Below are positions 17,990 through 25,107 of a stretch of 64,000 nt of DNA, in pieces. The notes beneath the pieces were generated by a model. The model saw only the letters and a program-made list of their open reading frames with translations. It ran no database searches and was not told the DNA's origin. Each line of letters begins with the position of its first letter. Position 1 is the stretch's first letter. The stretch lies in IMG/VR virus record IMGVR_UViG_3300028629_000006. One strand, given 5' to 3'. Made by a program: the position numbers and the translations under genes. The DNA comes from an uncultured virus (IMG/VR IMGVR_UViG_3300028629_000006) (lineage: Duplodnaviria; Heunggongvirae; Uroviricota; Caudoviricetes).

Positions 17990-18265
17990 ATGACTGAGCA
18001 AGAGGCCATAGCCATCGCCCAGGAGTGCGTCCGGCGCGAGAATATCGCGGTGGGCAAGGTTTGTAGAATTCGATTCGTCTCAGTTGGCGTTCTTGCCCAG
18101 GCCGGCATTGACGCATCCGAGGCAAGATGGATGGTCTCTTTCGAATACCAGGGGCCTGCGGTAGAGGAAGCCCCGAAAGTCATTGTCCATCCGCCGACTG
18201 AAGCACCCACAACGGTGATCGTGGGTGACGAATCCAAGGCGGCTGAAATCCTCACGGAGCTATGA
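17990..18265 (+). CDS. Accessory hypothetical protein (PepSY/immunity-like fold candidate)
   Basis: MTEQEAIAIAQE...WMVSF...VIVGDE pattern. Confidence 0.6.
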   Translation: MTEQEAIAIAQECVRRENIAVGKVCRIRFVSVGVLAQAGIDASEARWMVSFEYQGPAVEEAPKVIVHPPTEAPTTVIVGDESKAAEILTEL

Positions 18266-18286
18266 AGGCTATCAGATGTTTAGCGC

Positions 18287-18466
18287 TCATAGGTTCTCAT
18301 GAGTTGTCATTCGGCGCCCACAGTACCTGCACTCCCGTCTCCGCCGAATCCGCCCGCCGGAGACGGCCCGCGTGTAGAGAACGTGGAAGTGCCTGCACCC
18401 GCACCGCGGGCACTCCAGCCCCCGTTTCTCCTCGGGCCTCTTGGCTTCGGCCGGCTCGCCGGTCAT
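18287..18466 (-). CDS. NrdR-N-like zinc-ribbon protein (candidate late regulator)
   Basis: CPRCG...IRRRRECRYCGRRMTTHE matches the NrdR N-terminal Zn ribbon; coupled to the terL stop. Confidence 0.75.
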   Translation of the reverse strand: MTGEPAEAKRPEEKRGLECPRCGCRHFHVLYTRAVSGGRIRRRRECRYCGRRMTTHENL

Positions 18467-20727
18467 CGTCTGCCTCGCTGAAGGTCGGACAGCTTCACCC
18501 GCTCGCGCCGGACGGTCTCCCGGATGTCCGTGCCGGGCAGAACCGCCCCTTGAACGGATGCCGCCACGGCGCAGCCAACCATGCAGTCTAGCCAATGGTT
18601 CTCGACGGCCTCCGGCCGCATCTTCCATTCGTCCACCACTCGCCCGCGCCCCTCAGTCTTGACCCGGTACTCGGCCGTCAGGTGCTCGGCCATCAACCGG
18701 TGCCCTTCCGGGTCCCGGCCGTAGAGCGAGAGACAGCCTTTGTCGCCCATGGGTACGGCCAGCCGGGCGTGAATGAAGGTCTTCCAGTAGTTCGAGTCGA
18801 AGACCACGTGCCGCACCGCCCGCCGCCCCTGCACGTTCGGGATGCGCCAGTTGAGACCGACCCGGTCGCCGCGCTTCCGGCGGTACTCGCTGAACGGGAT
18901 CGACGAGGCCCCCACGAACCGCCCGTGGCTGGGCAGTAGCACCGCCGCGTGGGTGCTCTGCCGGCAGAACTGGTAGACTACGTCGGTGGACGTGCCCCAG
19001 TTGGCGTCCACCAGGCACCGCTCGATCTTGAGATGGGCCCCGTCGTCCCGCCGCCACTCCCGGCCGAGCAGCTCGCCGGCCAAGGCCTCCAGGCCGGCGT
19101 AGATCGCTCCTTCGAGCCCAGCGCCCTTCGCCGCCCACTGCAGCGTCCGCTGGGCATCCCGGAGCGTGAAGTAAGGCCGCCGCTGGTCCGGATAGGCCCC
19201 ATAATCGAGGACGTAGCCGGTAAAATCGTCCTCCCATGCGACCACCGTGTAGTAGAGCAGCTTGCCCTGGACGTCCACAAAGGCGGTCAGGCGGCTCGCG
19301 CCGATGGGCACCTCGGCGCGCTTCATGCCATTGAGCTTCTGCGCAATCTGGTCGGCCGAGAGCAAACCTTCGTCCTCGGCGGCCTTTTCCGGCAGCGGCT
19401 CGTTCTGGTACTCCGCGAAGAAAGCGGCCTCGTCCTGGAGCTTGAGGTTCATGGCGTGTTGAACGGCACTGGCCTCGTCGTAGTTGAACCGCTCCGGCCA
19501 GGCGACCGCCGCGCCCTCGTCCAGGGCTGCCCGGTTGGCCTCGTAGAACGCCGTCGCTTCGCGCAGGTCTCCGTGGACCCGCAGGCTTTCGGCCCGGACC
19601 TCGGCATACCTGGCCCAGAGCTTCTCGTTCGTCGGGAAGGCGTAGACCATCTTCGTCCGCTCGCCGTTCCACTCCGGATGCTCCTCGCGGTCGAGGATGT
19701 TGTCGGCCATGTCGCCCGGGCGAATCACCGTGCAAGGCATGATCCCGGCGATCTTCTTGCCCGGGCCGGCCAAGCCCAGGACCGCGCCAGCCAAGATGCG
19801 CTCGCGGGTGTTGCACTGCGAGAGCGAGCGCGCCGATTCATCCGTCTGCGGATCGTCCAGCACCACCAGCGACGGCCGCACCGTCTTACCATCAGCCCGC
19901 TTGTACTTCATGCCGCGGATGCGCCCGGTGATACCGGCAACCTTGATGATGGCACCGGAGGCATTCGAGTCCGGCATGGTCGGCAGGACCACCTCGTTGG
20001 CCGTCCAGCCGATGTGCGTCCGCTCGCCCTGGAAGAGCTGCCCCGAGCACCGATTGGCGATCCCGTCCAGGCACCGGATGGGGTGAGCCACCTCGGGGAA
20101 GTCGGCCTCGAGGAAGTCGTTCCCGTCGAGTTCCATTTTGATGCTTTCCAGCATCTCCAGGCCGTGGACCTCCGATGCGCCGATCAGGCAGACAAAGTCC
20201 CGGTGCCCGTAGAGCACCGCCCAGAGGCAGGCGCACTCGGCGATGGAGGTCTTCCCCGACCCGCGCGGCATGGCCAGGGCGAAGAGGCCGCCCCGGAGTA
20301 CCGCCTGCTCTACCTTGGCAATCACCTTCAGGTGGTCTGGCGACCAGGGTAGGTGGAAGGTCTGCGGGAAGTATGCCTGGCAGAAGAACCGGAAGTCGCC
20401 GGCGGCCTTCTCCTTCCGCTCCGGATCAACCACCGCGGGTAGCTCGCCGATGTCCCGGCCGGCCTCGGATAGCGCCCGATTCCGGGCTGCGGCAGCCTCC
20501 TTGACCGCCTCGTAGTCTCTGGCCTTCTCGACCTTGGGCTTGGCCAGTTCCTCGATCAGCCAGGCCACGTAGCGGAAGAGGTCCACCCGCCGGCCGTCGC
20601 CGATTCGGAACCCGGCGCGCATCCGGTGCCGGTAGAGCTGGCGCTCGTCGAGCACCGTCCCGAGCGGCGTCGAGTTCAAGAGCCGCGCGAGGTCGGCGGG
20701 CTTCAGGTTCCGCGGGTCAATCGCCAC
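18463..20727 (-). CDS. terL: Terminase large subunit (GpA-type nuclease) with N-terminal HTH extension
   Basis: Walker A AMPRGSGKT, Walker B VVLDDPQ, nuclease AFVDVQ and NHWLDC. Confidence 0.92.
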   Translation of the reverse strand: MAIDPRNLKPADLARLLNSTPLGTVLDERQLYRHRMRAGFRIGDGRRVDLFRYVAWLIEELAKPKVEKARDYEAVKEAAAARNRALSEAGRDIGELPAVVDPERKEKAAGDFRFFCQAYFPQTFHLPWSPDHLKVIAKVEQAVLRGGLFALAMPRGSGKTSIAECACLWAVLYGHRDFVCLIGASEVHGLEMLESIKMELDGNDFLEADFPEVAHPIRCLDGIANRCSGQLFQGERTHIGWTANEVVLPTMPDSNASGAIIKVAGITGRIRGMKYKRADGKTVRPSLVVLDDPQTDESARSLSQCNTRERILAGAVLGLAGPGKKIAGIMPCTVIRPGDMADNILDREEHPEWNGERTKMVYAFPTNEKLWARYAEVRAESLRVHGDLREATAFYEANRAALDEGAAVAWPERFNYDEASAVQHAMNLKLQDEAAFFAEYQNEPLPEKAAEDEGLLSADQIAQKLNGMKRAEVPIGASRLTAFVDVQGKLLYYTVVAWEDDFTGYVLDYGAYPDQRRPYFTLRDAQRTLQWAAKGAGLEGAIYAGLEALAGELLGREWRRDDGAHLKIERCLVDANWGTSTDVVYQFCRQSTHAAVLLPSHGRFVGASSIPFSEYRRKRGDRVGLNWRIPNVQGRRAVRHVVFDSNYWKTFIHARLAVPMGDKGCLSLYGRDPEGHRLMAEHLTAEYRVKTEGRGRVVDEWKMRPEAVENHWLDCMVGCAVAASVQGAVLPGTDIRETVRRERVKLSDLQRGRR

Positions 20728-20932
20728 GTTTCGCCAGCTCCTTCACCATCCACGCGGCGTAGTGCACAAGGTTGACGGTCCCGTCGGCATTGGTGGGCGC
20801 GCCGGCCGCGATATGCGCCCGTAGCGCCTCCTCCGAAACGTTCCGCACCCCGGCCTTCCGAAGGACCGCCAGGAGGTCCGGAACGGCCAAATGGGCGGCC
20901 GTAAGCGGCGCATTATGGCCGGATGCAGGCAT
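20717..20932 (-). CDS. Small wHTH protein, terminase small subunit-like
   Basis: Overlaps the terL start; AGAPTNADGTVNLVHYAAW resembles the Nu1 wHTH. Confidence 0.6.
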   Translation of the reverse strand: MPASGHNAPLTAAHLAVPDLLAVLRKAGVRNVSEEALRAHIAAGAPTNADGTVNLVHYAAWMVKELAKRGD

Positions 20933-21059
20933 GCGGATTCCCCTCGATTACTGGCGAATTCCCTTGCACTTCGGCCGAAAACATGGCTTCATGTGTGTAG
21001 AAGCCGATACCAAGAGCGCATTGAGCGCCGCGGACGGCGGAAGGAGAAGGAGGAGAACG

Positions 21060-21338
21060 ATGGACGCCAAGACCGCCAAGAGAAACGAACGCCGCGACCT
21101 GGAGCGCCTGGCCCAGGCCATCGCCCGGTGGGAGCGCCAGGGCCAGGAATGGGCCGCCGAAGGCGACGCCGAGATGGCCCGGGTCCACGCCAAGGACGCC
21201 GCCGACCTGCGCAAGGTCGCCGAGGCGGTCAAGAACGGCGACTACGAGATTGCCCGCGACCGGGTCCAGCGGCTCGACACCATCGTGCGCGACCAGGTGC
21301 CCTGCCGCCTCTACAACCGGCTCTTCGACCTCGGCTGA
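21060..21338 (+). CDS. Hypothetical protein (first gene of the inverted cassette)
   Basis: Strong AGGAG RBS; typical codon usage. Confidence 0.7.
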   Translation: MDAKTAKRNERRDLERLAQAIARWERQGQEWAAEGDAEMARVHAKDAADLRKVAEAVKNGDYEIARDRVQRLDTIVRDQVPCRLYNRLFDLG

Positions 21339-21359
21339 CGGAACGGAAAGGACGCGACC

Positions 21360-21737
21360 ATGAAGACCACCAAGAACGAACAGGCCCTGCCCCGCTTCAT
21401 TCACCTGAAGCGGGCCTGGTACGCCGACGCCAACCTTCCGGCCCTCAGGAAGGACGGCATCGTCGACCAGGTGACCTTCGGCATCTACTTCGTCGACGGC
21501 GGATGCACCGCCGAGATGTGCATGAGCTGGCATTGGCTCACCGGCAACGAGGACGGCGTCGCGCGGCTGGAGGCCTTCAGCGACAGCTTCGCGGCCCTCG
21601 GCCGGCCGGAGTTCAAGCGGCTGCTCGGCCGGCTGGCCCGGATGCCCAAGGACGCCGCGGACAGGATAGACCCGGCGGGGTTCGGCGCGCTCCTTGTGGA
21701 GTGCGGATTCGAAGACGCCACACCGGTCCGGAAATGA
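21360..21737 (+). CDS. Hypothetical protein
   Basis: Paralog at 63651-64000. Confidence 0.8.
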   Translation: MKTTKNEQALPRFIHLKRAWYADANLPALRKDGIVDQVTFGIYFVDGGCTAEMCMSWHWLTGNEDGVARLEAFSDSFAALGRPEFKRLLGRLARMPKDAADRIDPAGFGALLVECGFEDATPVRK

Positions 21738-21749
21738 AGGAGGCCGACC

Positions 21750-22280
21750 ATGAAGAAGCGCAACACCGAAGGCACGACCGCGACGGAGGCCGCCGGCAAG
21801 GCGGCCTCCGGACCCGGCCGCGTGACCATCCTGCTCCAGGGCCGGCGCGTCGAGGTCGCCAAGGCCGACGCCGACCGGATGGCCGAGACCGGCATCCGGT
21901 TCGCCTACCTCTGCAAGAAGGGCAACCTGACCATGACGGTGCCGGTGAACGACGACCGGAGCGAGCTCGCCGAGGTCGCCGACGAGCTGCTCCTGGCCGC
22001 CTACGGCGCGGCCAACCAGCTGGCCGAAGGCAACCGCTACCGCACCGGATGCGTGGCCGCCTGCGAGAAGGTCAAGACTGCCCTCGGCCGGCGCGACGCC
22101 GCCGAGCGCGCCAAGGGCGAACCGATGGCCGGCGTCGAGGCCCAGCCCATCCACGAGCGCGGCACCTGCAGCCTCCACGCCGAGCATGCCAACGTCAACC
22201 TCTGGCGCGTCAGCTGGGGCGACGGCGTCACGATGGATCTCTGCACCCGCTGCATGGCCTCGCTGGTCTTCGAGGAGTAG
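21750..22280 (+). CDS. Hypothetical protein with C-terminal Cys/His cluster
   Basis: Near-identical paralog at 63108-63638; AAGGAGG RBS. Confidence 0.8.
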   Translation: MKKRNTEGTTATEAAGKAASGPGRVTILLQGRRVEVAKADADRMAETGIRFAYLCKKGNLTMTVPVNDDRSELAEVADELLLAAYGAANQLAEGNRYRTGCVAACEKVKTALGRRDAAERAKGEPMAGVEAQPIHERGTCSLHAEHANVNLWRVSWGDGVTMDLCTRCMASLVFEE

Positions 22281-22283
22281 CCC

Positions 22284-22577
22284 ATGGAACTGCGCGAATT
22301 CACCCGCCACGATTTCGACGCCTTCGGCGGCGCCGAGCGCTGGCCGGATGCCGAACCCCTCATCGCCGACGGCGCCTTCGCCAACGGCATGGGCTGGGTC
22401 CTGGTCATGGACCGCCAGGGCGCCTGCCTCGTGTGCGACGATGAGCAGAGCGCGTTCGGCGGCTACGCCATCGCCCGGCCATTCCTGTCGCCGGCCGAGG
22501 CGCGCGCCTTTGCGGCCAGCCTCGGCGACCCCAAGACACGCGGCGAGTTCTTCCTGGCCGGCTTCACGCCGGTCTAG
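22284..22577 (+). CDS. Hypothetical protein
   Basis: Paralog at 62802-63101. Confidence 0.8.
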   Translation: MELREFTRHDFDAFGGAERWPDAEPLIADGAFANGMGWVLVMDRQGACLVCDDEQSAFGGYAIARPFLSPAEARAFAASLGDPKTRGEFFLAGFTPV

Positions 22578-22637
22578 GAAATCACACGGATTGAACCGCG
22601 GCCTGTCGCCGCGGACGGGAAAGGAAGGAGACGAGAC

Positions 22638-22961
22638 ATGTCGAGCAGCAAGAAGAACGCCAAGACCAAGGGCCACGCCAAGAAGGCCAAGGCAGAGAAG
22701 CCGGAAGCGGCGGCTCCGGCGAAGCCGGCCGGCGACGGCAAGCTCTCCGGGCTGGACGCGGCGGCCAAGGTGCTGGCCGAGGCCAAGGAGCCCATGAACG
22801 CCAAGGCCATCGTCGAGACGATGCTGGCCAAGGGGCTCTGGCAGACCGACGGCAAGACGCCCGCGGCCACCATCTACTCGGCCATGTTCCGGGAGATTCG
22901 CCAGAAGGGCGAGGCCGCCCGGTTCAAGATGGTCGAGCGGGGCAAGTTCGCCGCGAAGTAG
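22638..22961 (+). CDS. HARE-HTH (HB1/ASXL) winged-helix protein
   Basis: [16 protein letters not shown]...[16 protein letters not shown]...RF; Lys/Ala-rich N-terminus. Confidence 0.85.
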   Translation: MSSSKKNAKTKGHAKKAKAEKPEAAAPAKPAGDGKLSGLDAAAKVLAEAKEPMNAKAIVETMLAKGLWQTDGKTPAATIYSAMFREIRQKGEAARFKMVERGKFAAK

Positions 22962-22964
22962 CAC

Positions 22965-24338
22965 CTACCCCGCCTCCCCCGAAGCCACCCCGGCCACGTC
23001 AACGGTCGGGGTGGTCTTAGTCACGGCAGTCCGCTCGGCCTTCTTCCCGGTGAACTCCTCCCATCGCTTCACGATGACATCGCAGTAGAGCGCGTCGATC
23101 TCCATCAGGAACGCCTTCCGGCCGGTCTTCTCCGCGGCGATGAGCGTGCTACCCGACCCGCCGAAGAGGTCGAGGACGTTCTCGCCCGGGCGCGAGGAGT
23201 AGGTCATCGCCCGCACCGCCAGCTCCACGGGCTTCTCGGTCAAGTGCACCATCGACTGCGGGTTGACCTTCTTCACCGACCACACGTCCGGGACGTTGTT
23301 CGGCCCAAAGAACTGGTGCGCGGCGCCTTCGCGCCAGCCGTAGAACGCCCACTCGTGGTTGCCCATGAAGTCCTTGCGCGTAAGCACGGGGTGTTCCTTG
23401 ACCCAGATCACGCATTGAGAGAAATACAGCTCGCACTCAACCAGCGCCGTTGGGTAGTTGCCGATGTTCGAGTAGCCGCCCCAGATGTAGAACGCCCGCC
23501 CGGGTTCCAGCACCCGCTGGACGTTCCCGAACCAGGCGCGGAGCAGCCTGGCGAAGTCCTCGTCCGAGACGAAGTCGTTCTCCAGCGGCCGGTCCTTGGC
23601 CCGGAGCTTGGCGTGCGTGGGCACCGCCGCGCCCTCGCGCCGAGCCGCGTCGAAGCCCTGGAAGAAACCGGCCCCGCCCATCTTCGCCCCGCTGAACGAG
23701 CTCAGCCCCGCGGCGATGGCATTGTTCGAGCGCGGCTCCACCCGGACGTTGTAGGGCGGGTCGGTGTTGAGCAGGTGAACCCGAGCGCCGGCGAGCAACC
23801 GGTCCACATCCTCCGCCTTGCTGCTGTCACCGCACATCAGCCGGTGGTCGCCCAGCACCCAGATGTCCCCAGGCTGCGTCACCGCCGCGTCCGGCGGGTC
23901 CGGCACCGCGTCCGGGTCGGTCAGCCCCTCGTTGCCGTGGATGCCCGCGCCGAGCAGTTCCTCCAACTCTTCTGGCGCGAAGCCGAGCGAGCCGAGGTCC
24001 ACGTCCATGCCCCGCAGCTCGGAGAGTTCGATGGGCAGAAGGTCATAGTCCCACTCGGCCAACTCGGCAACCTTGTTGTCGGCGATGCGGTAGGCCTTGG
24101 CCTTCTCCGGGCTCAGCCCTTCGGCCACGTGGACTGGGACCTCGGCCAGGCCCAGCGCCTTGGCCGCCTTCCAGCGGGTGTGCCCGACGATGATGACCCC
24201 GGCCTCGTCCACCACGATGGGCTGCCGGAACCCGAACTCACGGATGCTCCGCGCCACGGCCTCCACCGCCGCGTCGTTCTCCCGCGGGTTCTGCTCATAG
24301 GGCTTCACCTCGTCCGTCTTGCGCATCTCGATCTTCAT
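22965..24338 (-). CDS. ParB/Srx-N6/N4 DNA methyltransferase fusion
   Basis: N-terminal ParB (PYEQNPR, FGFRQPIVVD, GHTR); TDPPY, H.TEKP and DLFGGSGST. Confidence 0.93.
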   Translation of the reverse strand: MKIEMRKTDEVKPYEQNPRENDAAVEAVARSIREFGFRQPIVVDEAGVIIVGHTRWKAAKALGLAEVPVHVAEGLSPEKAKAYRIADNKVAELAEWDYDLLPIELSELRGMDVDLGSLGFAPEELEELLGAGIHGNEGLTDPDAVPDPPDAAVTQPGDIWVLGDHRLMCGDSSKAEDVDRLLAGARVHLLNTDPPYNVRVEPRSNNAIAAGLSSFSGAKMGGAGFFQGFDAARREGAAVPTHAKLRAKDRPLENDFVSDEDFARLLRAWFGNVQRVLEPGRAFYIWGGYSNIGNYPTALVECELYFSQCVIWVKEHPVLTRKDFMGNHEWAFYGWREGAAHQFFGPNNVPDVWSVKKVNPQSMVHLTEKPVELAVRAMTYSSRPGENVLDLFGGSGSTLIAAEKTGRKAFLMEIDALYCDVIVKRWEEFTGKKAERTAVTKTTPTVDVAGVASGEAG

Positions 24339-24631
24339 CGCCGAGCCTCCTTCCGTTGCCGGGCCGCCTGCTTGTCCTCGCGCGCGATGAGCAAGAGCAC
24401 CAGGTAGCCGATCAGGTCCACGACCTCGTTCTCGCCGAATGCGCCCGGCGCGTTCCTCACCCGGGCGAGCTTGTCGTCCAACCGCGCCGCGATGTTGGCC
24501 TCGGCGTCGCCCCGGCCGAAGATGTTCAGCGGCTTCAGCGCCGCGTTGCCGTAGGCCCGGTTCTTGGCGGCCAACATGCCGGCGATCTCAGTGCACTTTG
24601 TGCGTATGCGGCCCGCGGTATCCGGTTTCAT
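24335..24631 (-). CDS. DUF1599/Nmad1 nucleotide-modification-associated protein
   Basis: LAAKNRAYGN...RLDDKLARV...DLIGYLVL; paralog at 60468. Confidence 0.75.
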   Translation of the reverse strand: MKPDTAGRIRTKCTEIAGMLAAKNRAYGNAALKPLNIFGRGDAEANIAARLDDKLARVRNAPGAFGENEVVDLIGYLVLLLIAREDKQAARQRKEARR

Positions 24632-24789
24632 AGCGTCACCTCCGAGTTCTGGCCCAAGGATTGGCCGCGGGGCGCGCACGGGCGGCCCACGTGGCGAGAT
24701 CCCGGCCGGACTGCCTCCTTGCCCGACCAGGCGGCCAGGGCGCGCCCAGGGCGGCGGAAACCGGACCGGCGAAACAAACTGTGGTCAAG

Positions 24790-24843
24790 CGCGCGACGGT
24801 TCCGCCGCCCGTCGGGAAGCCTTTCGGCCCCGGAGGAACCGTT
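24790..24843 (-). other. Candidate cos site (cosQ/cosN-like)
   Basis: Minus strand CGGTTCCT...CGACGGGCGGCGGAACCGTCGCG resembles lambda GGGTCCT...ACGGGGCGGCGACCTCGCG; conserved at 60256-60307. Confidence 0.6.
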
Positions 24844-24852
24844 GCCGGCCAG

Positions 24853-25107
24853 GCGAACGAACACCCGCACACACGCTTCCCAGCCCAGCGCGCGAGGCCT
24901 CTCGGGCCCGCGCGCGCCCTGGGGGGTATGGGGGGGTTTGCGCGCAGAGGCGTTCGCTTGTTCGCTCTGGCCTGCAACCCTCTGTCTGCTGACCGCTTGC
25001 GAGGCGAACAGATGGCGAACAACTTGTTCGCAGTTCGCAGCGAACAACTGGCGAACTGACCGCTCCGTTCTCATCCCAGTTCGCATGTCAGTTCGCCTCC
25101 AGTTCGC
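24853..25107. repeat. GTTCGC/GCGAAC iteron cluster, candidate replication origin
   Basis: About 12 copies in both orientations, several at 11-bp spacing, at the 3' end of the primase-helicase gene. Confidence 0.7.

Noticed and set aside
15624..18265. Integron-like cassette array
   Set aside because: No repeated attC-like sites and no integron integrase; several genes abut or overlap directly.
24628..25086. ORFs across the cos/origin region (also 60139-60471)
   Set aside because: Low-complexity translations of repeat and cos DNA; reading frames are not coherently conserved between the paralogs.
24853..25107. CRISPR array
   Set aside because: Repeats are 6-mers in mixed orientation without unique ~30-bp spacers; no cas genes.
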